From a virus (Duplodnaviria; Caudoviricetes): a stretch of 64,000 bases of DNA. Both the position numbers and the translations under genes were made by a program. The DNA lies in IMG/VR virus record IMGVR_UViG_3300031993_000012, positions 1 through 64,000 of that record, one strand, 5' to 3'. The notes under the pieces are model-generated. The model saw only the letters and a program-made list of their open reading frames with translations. It had not been told where the DNA came from and did not search any database. This document shows positions 41,137 through 51,033 of this stretch, piece by piece. How positions within the stretch are numbered: the first letter of the stretch is position 1; each line of letters starts with the position of its first letter.

Positions 41137-41520
41137 ATGGAAACCGTAAACATACCTTGGACACAAGAGGAAATCAATCTCAGATATTTGGATTTATTCA
41201 TTGAATGTTTGAATAAACCGATGGACAAGTTATTTGTGAATAATCGTTTACAAGTATCATTACCAAGTAAATATGTCCAATTCGATCCAGCACACGGTGC
41301 TTGTATCAAATATAATAATCTGATCAGAGGTCACGTCGACAAGGATTTTATAATTCAAGTCACAGATGTCATTAATGATGATTTACTTGAATACATGTCT
41401 GAAGAACGTTTGATGCTTATAAAAGAAAAGTATAGACGTTTCAGAAGAAAGTACATTCTTGAAACACGTGCTGATCTATTGTATGAGAAAATGAAACAGG
41501 AGCCTGAGGAAGATGAGTAA
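41137..41520 (+). CDS. Hypothetical protein, start METVNI
   Basis: AAAGGA RBS. Confidence 0.7.
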   Translation: METVNIPWTQEEINLRYLDLFIECLNKPMDKLFVNNRLQVSLPSKYVQFDPAHGACIKYNNLIRGHVDKDFIIQVTDVINDDLLEYMSEERLMLIKEKYRRFRRKYILETRADLLYEKMKQEPEEDE

Positions 41521-41992
41521 ACTGAAAGAACTCAATAAAATACAACCATACATGACAACAAACTGTCAATTGGTATTCTCCAATAAATTCAACCCACTTG
41601 AGGTGTATGATATGCTCTTCAATGATGAAACTCTGAGAGCGTTATTTGAATCTCGTTGGGTATTATGTAGAATCGGAGAGTATCCAATGTCAAGATATGA
41701 CTACGATAGATTCATTACAAAGTTCTCTAGTCCCTGTGTAATGATGGATACAATCATTGAAATGGATCACACATATCAGGGCAACATTACAGTCCCAACA
41801 CAATACGAACCGATGTTCAGAAGTCTTGAACACCCGGTGATTCACCCGGTGGTTATAAGTAATACAGAGTCCATGACTGGATTCCGTATTGCATACTTCG
41901 TAGTATATGATAAATCTGAACTGATTTCTACCAACATCTATTCAGGTAAATGGTGGGACTATGGAAGGGATGATAAGAATGAAACTCGATAA
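41513..41992 (+). CDS. Hypothetical protein
   Basis: 159 aa, overlapping start with GAGGA RBS. Confidence 0.7.
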   Translation: MSKLKELNKIQPYMTTNCQLVFSNKFNPLEVYDMLFNDETLRALFESRWVLCRIGEYPMSRYDYDRFITKFSSPCVMMDTIIEMDHTYQGNITVPTQYEPMFRSLEHPVIHPVVISNTESMTGFRIAYFVVYDKSELISTNIYSGKWWDYGRDDKNETR

Positions 41993-42032
41993 AGGCTGGT
42001 ATTAGATGATATAATTTAGGAGGTATCCCAAT

Positions 42033-42476
42033 ATGAGTATGGACAAGATCCAAGAAGTACTTCATTCAGAATTCGACATCAAAACGCATAAAGAAACTTT
42101 CACTAACTATTTGGAAGTAATAATAGACGAAGAAGGAAGAATCATGTATGCCGTTCCATCACATATGGAAAGACTCATTAAAGTGTATATGGAACGATAT
42201 AATGTGACCCGTAAAGAAATCGTAAATAAACTTACATATGACGCACCATGTGAATATGGATTAGACCTATCCGCTTATCTGTGTGATAAGCTTCATTGTA
42301 TTTGTGTATGGTTTGATAGTTACAGAGGAAAACCTAATCAAATACAACTCAACAAATTGAAGACATTACGTCTGTCTGGTATATATCATGGTCCAGTCCA
42401 TGATATATATGAAGAAGAACAAAAGAAAATGAAAACATTAATAAATGAATTAAAAGAGTTTGCTAAGGAGGTATAA
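42033..42476 (+). CDS. Hypothetical protein
   Basis: 147 aa, AGGAGGT RBS, YLEVII...YAVPSH segment. Confidence 0.75.
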   Translation: MSMDKIQEVLHSEFDIKTHKETFTNYLEVIIDEEGRIMYAVPSHMERLIKVYMERYNVTRKEIVNKLTYDAPCEYGLDLSAYLCDKLHCICVWFDSYRGKPNQIQLNKLKTLRLSGIYHGPVHDIYEEEQKKMKTLINELKEFAKEV

Positions 42477-42477
42477 T

Positions 42478-42957
42478 ATGAATAAAAGGTTCAGAAAGAA
42501 GTGTAGGAAAGCAGCGAAGATTCATAAGAATATCTTCTATGCCTATAACCTGGCGCGCAAGCTCAATCAGCAGTGTAGTGGTTGTTCGTCAGATTACCAT
42601 CACTTCAGAAAGACCAATCTGAAACGTTGTCTAACATACCATAAGTGGTGTATAAAGCATAACAAGAAGCTGTCTGATATGTACTATAGTATTCAGACAA
42701 GAAACAAAAGAAAATATTCTCCAGAGTTCGTGTTTAATGCCTTGAAGGATTTCAAAAAGGGTCATCTAGTAGATGATATTTCTCATCCCGTTTCAAGTAG
42801 AGAAAACATTGAATATGCTCAATCTTGCGTGTTGGATTTTAGAATAACACCACGTTTCGAAATAAACGACGATGGTTCAATGAAACTTACATCGTTTGGA
42901 TTAGTTAAGGAGGATTTACATGAATCAACGACAAAAGAAAAAGCAGACAAATCGTAA
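42478..42957 (+). CDS. Basic hypothetical protein, start MNKRFRKK
   Basis: AAGGAGGT RBS. Confidence 0.7.
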   Translation: MNKRFRKKCRKAAKIHKNIFYAYNLARKLNQQCSGCSSDYHHFRKTNLKRCLTYHKWCIKHNKKLSDMYYSIQTRNKRKYSPEFVFNALKDFKKGHLVDDISHPVSSRENIEYAQSCVLDFRITPRFEINDDGSMKLTSFGLVKEDLHESTTKEKADKS

Positions 42958-43231
42958 ACCGTTCAACAAAGTTCATTCAGCCGTACGTTATGAGATAGCT
43001 ATCTACATAGAGAAGAGAGCAATCAAAGCTGGAATTGAACCTAACAAGAGAGCCATCTGGAGTTATACCAGATGGCTTGCTCATAACCTGTCAGAAGATG
43101 ACTGGTATAAAACAACATTAATCGCTTGCGGTGTACCGCGTGGTGTATTCACAAAATCTTTATGGGATATGAACGATGAAGAGATTGAATTCCTTGAAGC
43201 GCTTGGTGTTTATAAAGCTAAGGAGGATTAA
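42920..43231 (+). CDS. Hypothetical protein with basic N-terminus
   Basis: AAGGAGG RBS. Confidence 0.7.
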   Translation: MNQRQKKKQTNRKPFNKVHSAVRYEIAIYIEKRAIKAGIEPNKRAIWSYTRWLAHNLSEDDWYKTTLIACGVPRGVFTKSLWDMNDEEIEFLEALGVYKAKED

Positions 43232-43233
43232 TT

Positions 43234-43446
43234 ATGGACCATGATTCCCAAGAGAACGAAATCATTGAAGTCAAAATACCAGGTAAGATCCTGAATATAA
43301 CTATCACAAAGAATGACTTTGGTTTAGCAGATGTTCTTATAAAAGATTTGACAAAAGACGAAATGGTTGTACTTATGGATCACATCTGTGAGTTATTCAA
43401 TGTCAGCGATGCCAATTTTTCAATAGAAAATAAAGAGGAGGATTAA
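43234..43446 (+). CDS. Hypothetical protein
   Basis: 70 aa, AAGGAGG RBS. Confidence 0.7.
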   Translation: MDHDSQENEIIEVKIPGKILNITITKNDFGLADVLIKDLTKDEMVVLMDHICELFNVSDANFSIENKEED

Positions 43447-43448
43447 TT

Positions 43449-43745
43449 ATGAGAGGCAAATGGTTTAGAAAGAAGAAGAAAGCTCTTAGAAAGAACTATG
43501 AAGCTTTCGTTAAGAATCGCACAAGACTTTACGATTACACCAAGGGATGTTCCAAGGTGATCTATTCAACAAAGGGTGAATATAAATTCGATTCAATGTC
43601 TTACAAGAAAGCACTTAACTACCATAAGAGAACAGTGATCATTCCGCAGGCTAGAAAAGAACTGGCAGAATTCATCGAACGTGGTCGTATGTTCTATGGT
43701 AGAAGATATAATTTCAAATTAGAAAAGGAGCATTTGTACTTATGA
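43449..43745 (+). CDS. Basic hypothetical protein
   Basis: 98 aa, GAGGAGG RBS. Confidence 0.7.
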   Translation: MRGKWFRKKKKALRKNYEAFVKNRTRLYDYTKGCSKVIYSTKGEYKFDSMSYKKALNYHKRTVIIPQARKELAEFIERGRMFYGRRYNFKLEKEHLYL

Positions 43746-44539
43746 ACGATATCAAAGAACCAGACATAATCAAACAGTATGTTTGTATCGCAGAGAACAC
43801 AGATATGCATATCATGAAAGTGCTTGAAATCACAGGAGACCTTGATATAGCTAAAAGAGTGTGTATGGCTCACATATATGAAGTAGCTGAAAGGGAGAAA
43901 GATCCTGACTTAAAGGTCGAGAGCACAATGTGGAAGGAAGAGCTTGCAGGAATAACAATAACGTATCAACTCCGTGGTGAGAAGACCGATTCCACTGTAT
44001 ACAAAGTGAGAATCCTGTTCTTCGAAAGAGATTGGAACGAGATAATGAAGAGACGGAAACAGCTCACTGAGGTTACCGACACTCCGATTGTTACAGCATC
44101 TCAGGAACCTTCCAATCAGCCTCTGAAGAAGGCTCTCGATGAGATCAAAGATTACAAGAATCTTATTGGTCCTCCATCACATCCTCAAAATGAATATATG
44201 GAGTACAACTTCAAATATCTTTCAACTAAGCAGAATGGTGACAAATTGATCCCAGTTCTCAATATGAATGCATTCAAGTGGGGATTTCCCTACATGATAA
44301 TGACTAACATGTCGCCGTGCATAGATGGCAGATGCATATACACAGATGATGTTGTTGTAACATATGGAATTGCAGCATGCTTATCTAAAGATGACACCAC
44401 GGTCATATTCATATCAACTTATGATGAACTTGGAGACACAATGTTCGGTTGTATAAGAGAAATCAGAGTGAACGTAAAAGATCTTTGCAGTCGTGTAAAG
44501 ATTAAATGCGTAGGTATGATAGAAGGAGGAGTATTATGA
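43742..44539 (+). CDS. Hypothetical protein
   Basis: 265 aa, ATGA overlap with the previous gene. Confidence 0.7.
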   Translation: MNDIKEPDIIKQYVCIAENTDMHIMKVLEITGDLDIAKRVCMAHIYEVAEREKDPDLKVESTMWKEELAGITITYQLRGEKTDSTVYKVRILFFERDWNEIMKRRKQLTEVTDTPIVTASQEPSNQPLKKALDEIKDYKNLIGPPSHPQNEYMEYNFKYLSTKQNGDKLIPVLNMNAFKWGFPYMIMTNMSPCIDGRCIYTDDVVVTYGIAACLSKDDTTVIFISTYDELGDTMFGCIREIRVNVKDLCSRVKIKCVGMIEGGVL

Positions 44540-45297
44540 ATGATACAATCGTTAGAGACAAGAAGGTTATCTTTATGCGTGAGTATTGTCCTACTGAAGA
44601 GAGTTGTTTTAGCAGTAACGACATACTCACATTCATCTACAATTTGAGAGATAATGCTCAAGCTAACATCAATGAACGAATCGGTGTTGCACATGGTAAT
44701 ATTAAATATCATCGTTATATAGTAACGAATATGATATTCTATTTCGGATTTAAAATCATCGTAACAAACGATCTCATCAGTTGTCTTGATACAATGACGG
44801 ATTACGTGTTGGATTCATCCGAGATGCAATTCGCTATTGTATTTGATATGGATAAAGATGAAGTTTTATCAAATCCAAGAATCCACGCGTGTACACCAAC
44901 GGAAATACCGATGAAACGGATTTCATTCGATGGAACATTTGGAATCGTCGAAAGCTCGTATCCTGATGGATACGAAATGGTTGATACCGACAGCGAACTG
45001 TTACTTATATTTGATGAGCAATCTGATAAGATGTTCAAATATGATCAACTGTATTGGGTAACAATAAAGAATCCTCGTGAGAAAGAGTTCTTCGATGGTA
45101 AGTTCATTACAGATCACAATGTTGAATCGGTTACAAAATTAATCGAAAAACTCAACAAGGAAATTATACGCTGTAAAGCATGTGGAAAATATTTCATTTT
45201 CCGTGACAAAGAAAGAGAATGGTATGATGATCGTGGTTTTAAATATCCTCGTCGTTGTAAAACATGCTCTAATATCAACAAACATGTGAATTATTAA
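44536..45297 (+). CDS. Protein with C-terminal zinc ribbon (zf-trcl-like)
   Basis: CKACGKYFIF...E.EWY..RGF..PRRCKTC; AAGGAGG RBS. Confidence 0.7.
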   Translation: MNDTIVRDKKVIFMREYCPTEESCFSSNDILTFIYNLRDNAQANINERIGVAHGNIKYHRYIVTNMIFYFGFKIIVTNDLISCLDTMTDYVLDSSEMQFAIVFDMDKDEVLSNPRIHACTPTEIPMKRISFDGTFGIVESSYPDGYEMVDTDSELLLIFDEQSDKMFKYDQLYWVTIKNPREKEFFDGKFITDHNVESVTKLIEKLNKEIIRCKACGKYFIFRDKEREWYDDRGFKYPRRCKTCSNINKHVNY

Positions 45298-45381
45298 AAT
45301 GACGCGCCCCATTTCGGTTCGCGTCACGTATTCATGATGATAGAATAATAAGTGTTGATCTTTGTAAGGAGGAAAATTAAT

Positions 45382-45696
45382 GTGATAACACCCGGGTCAA
45401 TATACTTCAATTGTTTAGGAGGAATACACATTGCAATACCTTTCAAAGAAGATTCTGGTGTTGTATTATTCATCATGTCGGATGTTTTAAATGATGAAGT
45501 TTATTTCACAACAGACGCTGATGAATTCATTGAAAGATATACATTGTATCAGGTATTCAATAAACCAAACAATGGAGAAGCATTTGATGAATTGGTTAAT
45601 AAAACCAAAGATAGGTATGATAAAATGAGGAGGAAATTAATTATGTCTGAAAATAATAGAATAGAATCAAAAACATATTGTGGTATAAACGAATAA
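45382..45696 (+). CDS. Hypothetical protein (GTG start)
   Basis: AAGGAGG RBS upstream; start position uncertain. Confidence 0.6.
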   Translation: MITPGSIYFNCLGGIHIAIPFKEDSGVVLFIMSDVLNDEVYFTTDADEFIERYTLYQVFNKPNNGEAFDELVNKTKDRYDKMRRKLIMSENNRIESKTYCGINE

Positions 45697-45711
45697 TGAA
45701 AAAGGAGAATT

Positions 45712-46257
45712 ATGATGAATAACTTAACGATGAGAAATGATAAACTGCTCCAGAAGCGTTTCGATACGCTTAGAGCAGAAGCATATAAAAAATACGCCAA
45801 TGACCCAGAGATGGCAAAACTTGTAGCGGGTTCTTTATCAACAACCGCATTAGTCCTTGCTGGTATCTGGGTGGAGTTCCATGAACAGTTTAAATACGAC
45901 TCTTCATGGATTATGAACACTATGGGTAAATTGATGCCATTCATAAAATCATTTTCTAATGAACGTTTGAATGCGATCGCATTGGAGGATTTACCGAATG
46001 ATGTAATAACATTATTCGTCATACCCGAAAATAATAGAATCGAAGTGATCATTGGTACAACATCGGTTGCTAAGATAAAAGTAATTGATTCAGTTATTCG
46101 TGTCAACTTTAATAAAGAAAAGAAATTTGAATTATCTGCGTTCGTAGAAGAACATGTTACAGCAGCACTCGCAAAAGTCGATCATTTGACGCAACTGACT
46201 GAGGATGCGATTAATAAAATGATCAATGGCGAATCTGATGATGAGATAAACGAATAA
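45712..46257 (+). CDS. Hypothetical protein
   Basis: 181 aa, AAGGAG RBS, followed by TATTATCCCCGG-gatat-CCCGGGGATAATA hairpin. Confidence 0.75.
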   Translation: MMNNLTMRNDKLLQKRFDTLRAEAYKKYANDPEMAKLVAGSLSTTALVLAGIWVEFHEQFKYDSSWIMNTMGKLMPFIKSFSNERLNAIALEDLPNDVITLFVIPENNRIEVIIGTTSVAKIKVIDSVIRVNFNKEKKFELSAFVEEHVTAALAKVDHLTQLTEDAINKMINGESDDEINE

Positions 46258-46389
46258 AAGGTATATTATCCCCGGGATATCCCGGGGATAATACATATAA
46301 TTTTGGGTGTAATTCTATTACAGTAGAATTGGTCGACCCCCAGTGTATATTAATATTCCGGTCAAGTTTAATTGATTGGAGATGATACC

Positions 46390-46548
46390 ATGGATCAACA
46401 TTCACATGTTGTTATTCCGAAAAATCCATCCGGATTCATGAATAATATCATGAAATGGTATAATGAACATCCTACCGTTCATATACCGAAAAAGAATGAA
46501 CCGACAATAATACCGCTCGGTTCAAGTGTTGGTTTCATCAAAAACTAA
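46390..46548 (+). CDS. Small 52-aa hypothetical protein
   Basis: GGAGA RBS, open frame MDQHSHVVIP...GFIKN; below the ORF-track cutoff. Confidence 0.4.
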   Translation: MDQHSHVVIPKNPSGFMNNIMKWYNEHPTVHIPKKNEPTIIPLGSSVGFIKN

Positions 46549-46616
46549 CATAACATCCATACACAAAAACATTCTCGATCCCGGAATATTAATATTACAC
46601 ATATTGTATGTAATGA

Positions 46617-46931
46617 TTAACCATTTAATTCGATACCGAATACATGTTGTACATATTTAACGTAACAATCCACATACATCAAATCATTAGCTTTGTCGTA
46701 TGTTACTTCGTAATACTTACCGTCTTGAAGATTTGTAGAAATCATTGCTTTCTGATTTCCTAAAATATATGAGTGTGTAACTTCATATACGTCATCAATA
46801 CTGAGTTTAACTTCATCAGTTGGATCTAATTGTTGACGTACAATATCAAGTACAGCTTGTCTTGCAGTAGCAATGAACTCGGTACTACCAAGAAATGGTT
46901 TATTGATCTTAATTATGTTATTCATTTTCAT
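46617..46931 (-). CDS. DUF6275-like phage protein
   Basis: LGNQKAMIST...DGKYYEVTYD....MYVDCYVK pattern. Confidence 0.7.
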   Translation of the reverse strand: MKMNNIIKINKPFLGSTEFIATARQAVLDIVRQQLDPTDEVKLSIDDVYEVTHSYILGNQKAMISTNLQDGKYYEVTYDKANDLMYVDCYVKYVQHVFGIELNG

Positions 46932-47205
46932 TCACCCCATGTTTTACACGATCTGCTTGTTCAGCATATTTTGCGTCATTGAATCTACTAAGGTCGCCTG
47001 CTAAATAGCCCGTCACGCGGCGTATACGAACAAATGGAACTGAATGTTTATGAACTTCCAGTTTTGCATATCCTTTAGAATCAAATGATATTATCAATGT
47101 ATCAATGATTTCATCAGGATATTTCTTCGTTACGTAATCAACGTATGCTTGTTTCTCGGCCTCGGATATTTCGGTGATATCACCGTGCTTGAATATGATG
47201 TTCAT
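46918..47205 (-). CDS. Small stand-alone NrdD C-terminal (glycyl radical) domain protein
   Basis: RIRRVTGYL....RFNDAKYAE..DRVKH is the class III RNR glycyl-radical loop and C-terminus; only 95 aa; AAGGAGG RBS. Confidence 0.8.
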   Translation of the reverse strand: MNIIFKHGDITEISEAEKQAYVDYVTKKYPDEIIDTLIISFDSKGYAKLEVHKHSVPFVRIRRVTGYLAGDLSRFNDAKYAEQADRVKHGVNENE

Positions 47206-47267
47206 ACAGAACCCTCCTTGATAATATAATTATATTAAACCATTGTACAATTATCTAGAATTCTTAA

Positions 47268-47295
47268 ATTCTATATTTATATAATTCTTATGTAT
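47268..47295 (+). promoter_or_regulatory. Putative early promoter driving the Cas7-like gene
   Basis: ATTCTATATTTATATAATTCTTATG identical to 30886-30910. Confidence 0.65.
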
Positions 47296-47396
47296 AATAG
47301 GAAAGTAACACTTTCTATTATCATATAATATCAATCTTTACGGGTTGTTCCCAGTGTATCTGTACAGATATGCGAATAACAAGAAAGGAGTACGTT

Positions 47397-48176
47397 ATGG
47401 CACGTACAAAGAAAACAACAGTAGAGGAAGCAACTGAGGAGAAGGTTGCATTCCAGCCCAAGAAGACAGTGAAGCTGTTCTTCTTCACAGAAATCCTTGG
47501 AAGCTGCCCCGCAGACAAGGAGATCTACTCAAAGTACATCGCAAAGAATCGTCTTGATGCACCAACCATTCAGGACGAACTCCAGATGGTACCTGAGGAA
47601 GAAGTTATCGAGCAGGGAACCACTTGCTTCCTGGTGAGGACCCACGGAAAGGATAAGGGTAAGCCCTGTCTGGCAGCGTATACAATTCTCGGTTTCATGA
47701 AAGAGAAGACCAAGTATCTCCGTCAGGAACCCGGTAATGGATTTGACAAATTCACCAACTACAAGTCCAAAATCGATGGTAATTTCAACATTGATAAACC
47801 GTTCATTACATTACATCTTCCCGAAGGAGAAGAAATGGGTATCTGTCAGAGACCTCTCAGGGCCGAGACTGCGCAGGGTCCGAGAGTAGCACTCGCTTCC
47901 AGCCTCACATGCCCTCCCGGTACAACCTGCGAATTCGAGCTCTATATCAATAACAAGGAGTTCAATAAGTACGCAATCGGTTGTCTCCGTAAAGGTTTCC
48001 TCAGTGGAACCGGTCAGTGGCGTTCTTCTCAGCAGAAAGGCAGATTCCTGTTTGAAATCTATGATGCTGATGATACTTATATTGACGGTAATACCAAAGA
48101 ACATGTAGGTTGTCTTTCAACTGATGCCAACTGGGAAGAAATGTGGAGCGACTTCCTCGACGAATATCGTCTGTAA
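47397..48176 (+). CDS. Stand-alone Cas7/RAMP-superfamily-like protein
   Basis: N-terminal strand + ILGS, PCLAAYTILGFMKE (P.I...S.KG..R equivalent), CPPGTTCEFEL strand, Gly-rich loop GTGQWRSSQQKGRF; AAAGGAG RBS. Confidence 0.75.
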   Translation: MARTKKTTVEEATEEKVAFQPKKTVKLFFFTEILGSCPADKEIYSKYIAKNRLDAPTIQDELQMVPEEEVIEQGTTCFLVRTHGKDKGKPCLAAYTILGFMKEKTKYLRQEPGNGFDKFTNYKSKIDGNFNIDKPFITLHLPEGEEMGICQRPLRAETAQGPRVALASSLTCPPGTTCEFELYINNKEFNKYAIGCLRKGFLSGTGQWRSSQQKGRFLFEIYDADDTYIDGNTKEHVGCLSTDANWEEMWSDFLDEYRL

Positions 48177-48190
48177 TACCTAATACCAAT

Positions 48191-48220
48191 AATGAGCGCG
48201 GATAAAACCGCGCTCATTTT
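48191..48220 (+). terminator. Hairpin between the Cas7-like gene and array 1 (terminator or processing site)
   Basis: AATGAGCGCGG-ataaaa-CCGCGCTCATT followed by a short T-run. Confidence 0.6.
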
Positions 48221-48249
48221 GTATGCTGACTGAAACCAGTACTGTTTTA

Positions 48250-49252
48250 AGTGTAAAGTAAAGTCGAGTTAGGTTCAGTATTGGTTCAGTGGAGTTAAGT
48301 CTAGTCATGTACAGGTGTTGTGGAGCGGCGCTGTGTTTGGGTGATGCAAAGCGAAGTCTTGCTTAGGTATAGTACGGTATTGTCCCGTATGGGTATGATA
48401 ATGTTCCGCAAAGCACAGTGAGCTTTTGTAACGGTAAAGCTGAGTATTGCAGCGTTGAGGTATAGTCAAGTATGGTTGTGTGCTGTATAGGTCGGGCGAA
48501 GTTTCGTTCTGTATAGTGACGGTATAGTTATGAAGCGTAGCGTAGAGGTATGGCACGGTTACGCGCTGTACAGGCATAGTATGGTATCGTTATGTCATGG
48601 CACTGCATTGTGGTGTCTGGCATTGGCAATGCAAAGTAACGCGAAGCATTGGTGCAGTGAGGTGTTGTTCTGTGAAGGCATCATTATGAATCGTATTGTA
48701 ATGTGTGGATTTAGCTCGGTCTAGTTTTGTCCGGTGACGGCGTAGTAATGTTAGGCGAGGCGATGCAAAGGTGTCGTGCAGTGAAGCACCGTTTAGGCAT
48801 GGTAAAGCATAGCTTTGTTTAGGTGCGGCTGAGTCTGGTCCGGTTTTGTGAAGGTGCAGCAGGGTTCCGTGGTGCACTGTGGCGTAGAGTATCGGTATAG
48901 TCACGTAAGGTTTGGTATAGGCATGGTGTAGTAAAGCATAGTTGTGGTATAGCTATGCATCGTAAGGTTTGTATTGGTATAGTGTAGTCCTGTAACGCTG
49001 AGCACTGGTGTAGCGAGGTATTGCTCTGTCGAGTGGTGGTAAAGCATGACAAGGTAATGTTGAGTAGAGGTGAAGTGAAGTCTTGCGGGGTTTTGCTGTG
49101 GTACTGTGATGCGACCTATTGCTTTGTATTGGTACAGCTCAGCACTGTAATGTCGTGTCAGGTTCAGGTACAGTTTAGCCAAGTGAGGTGGAGTATAGTA
49201 TAGGTATAGATATGTACAGTCAAATGCTGTCAAGGTTAAGCTGAGTAAAGTC
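48250..49252 (+). repeat. Pentamer-periodic NGY-NN array 1 (putative non-coding guide RNA array)
   Basis: Parses as AGT-AA AGT-CG AGT-TA GGT-TC AGT-AT TGGT-TC AGT-GG..., about 1 kb, G/T-rich, no exact repeat units. Confidence 0.9.
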
Positions 49253-49294
49253 TACTTCTGTAATGAGTAAAATATAACGAAAGGAGTCTTATCC

Positions 49295-49696
49295 ATGAAA
49301 GATAAGAAAATCAAGAAAGTTTTGAAGTCGATTCAAAACGGAGAAATCTCAGCCAAACAACTGAAAGAAATCCTTGCTGAAAACCCCGAACTCAAAGACA
49401 TCATTGACTTAGTGAATCCTGAAGTCACATGGAAGAAACATCCAATGTATCCGTTCGTGGAAACATCGAGCAATGGTCAGATTAAAGTTTCTGGTGAACT
49501 TGTAAAGCCACGGGTATGGGATGGCTTGTTGAAAGTAACGCTGCAGTATGGCAAGAAACGGTTATACGCAGCGTTACTCATATTACAATGCTGGGAACCA
49601 TGTCCGGGTAAATTAACCGACTATACTGTCGGTTACATTGACGATAACGTCAATAACCTAAAGCCGTCTAATCTATATTGGAAGGCCAAAAAATAA
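49295..49696 (+). CDS. NUMOD4/HNH-like protein, catalytic His residues apparently lost
   Basis: WKKHPMYP.VETSSNGQIK (NUMOD4-like); LYAALLILQCW replaces VHRLVA..F; VGYIDDNVNNL..SNLYW replaces V.HIDG.K.NN..NL.W; AAAGGAG RBS. Confidence 0.75.
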   Translation: MKDKKIKKVLKSIQNGEISAKQLKEILAENPELKDIIDLVNPEVTWKKHPMYPFVETSSNGQIKVSGELVKPRVWDGLLKVTLQYGKKRLYAALLILQCWEPCPGKLTDYTVGYIDDNVNNLKPSNLYWKAKK

Positions 49697-49707
49697 ACGA
49701 CAGTTTA

Positions 49708-51010
49708 TGTGTAAAGTAAAGTGTGGTTCTGTCGTGTTTTGGCATAGCAATGTGTGATATCGTTTCGTATTGGTAAAGCAGAGCATAGTGTAATGCTGTG
49801 AAGGTATGGTAGGGTAAAGTAACGCAAAGGTATCGCGTTGTTCAGTGATGTGACGGTTTGGTAGGGTAATGTAGTGTGTAGCTATGGCATAGCGATGTTC
49901 TGTGAAGTGCGGTCGCGTATTGGTATCGTAAAGTATTGCGGTGTCGCGTAGAGGTTTAGCTTGGTGCTGTATAGTACTGGTGGAGCATAGTTAGGCACAG
50001 CTGGTCTTTGTTTTGTGCTGGTATGGTATGGCGTAGTATAGTCTGCAACGGTGTAGCAAAGTAGCGCGGTGTTCAGGTATAGTGATGATAGTTTTGTTCT
50101 GTATCGGTAAAGTGCTGTATTGCTGGGTAATGGTATTGTATTGTCGCATATTGTCTTGTGAGGGTGAAGGGCAGTATTGTCGCGTAGAGTAGCGGCAAAG
50201 CATAGTGATGTCGCGCAGCGTCATGGTAAAGTCAAGTGATGCTATATGGTGTCAGGTGATGGTAATGTGGGGCAATGTGTAGTATAGTAGAGGCGAAGTC
50301 TAGCGATGCTAGGTTCTGGTGTAGTATAGTACCGGAACGTCTAGTATTGGTACAGTGGAGTACAGCGTTACGAAGTGCTGGTACTGTTAAGTGATGTGTA
50401 GTGTCGGTATGGTAATCCGTAGTGTAGTAGAGGTAATGTGGGGTGTGGCACTGTATAGGTGTGGTGTAGTGTTGTATCGTAATGTCAGGTAATGGCAACG
50501 TAGTACATGGCAATGGTTCAGTGTAGTGCCGCATAGTCACGTAGAGGTTTAGTCTGGTGCCGCATGGTCAGGTTGCGGTTTAGCCTAGTTTCGCTTAGTC
50601 CAGGTAATGTTAAGTCTAGTGTAGTTTTGGTTCAGTGATGTGTGAAGTAATGGTATAGCAATGTCTGGTACTGGTATGGTATAGTCACGTGAAGTGTCGG
50701 TTTGGCGGAGTAAGGTTTAGCTCAGTGATGGCGTGGTAGAGTAAAGCGCGGCACATCGTCGTAATGGCGTAGTCTCGTATAGTATAGTAAAGGTAAAGTG
50801 AAGTATAGTGCTGTAATGTGCCGGTGAGGCAAAGCAAGGTCCCGCTTGGTATTGGTTTGGTGCAGTCAAGTTATGTCACGGTAACGCAGTACATAGTAAT
50901 GTATGGTACAGGCTCAGTTCAGTAGAGCTATGTTTTGGCGAAGCGGGGTATTGTCAAGCGTAGTATGGGTTTCGCAGGGTCCTGTTATGCATTGTGTCGG
51001 TGCTGTGTGA
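49708..51010 (+). repeat. Pentamer-periodic NGY-NN array 2 (putative non-coding guide RNA array)
   Basis: Same grammar as array 1, about 1.3 kb; begins with the same GTGTAAAGTAAAGT. Confidence 0.9.
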
Positions 51011-51033
51011 CAGCATTAAAAACCTACACACTT

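Noticed and set aside
45549-46106. 185-aa minus-strand ORF (also 62316-62804, 63062-63589, 20990-21448, 19684-20196)
   Set aside because: Antisense to well-supported genes with RBSs; no independent signals
48305-50540. Many 60-110 aa ORFs on both strands inside the arrays (Thr/His/Tyr/Leu/Pro-rich or Val/Cys-rich)
   Set aside because: They lack RBSs, overlap in several frames, and their composition follows directly from the NGY-NN periodicity; treated as non-coding
48250-51010. Calling the arrays a CRISPR array or a simple microsatellite
   Set aside because: There are no identical 25-40 nt direct repeats separated by spacers and no exact tandem unit; only 2 of every 5 positions are constrained
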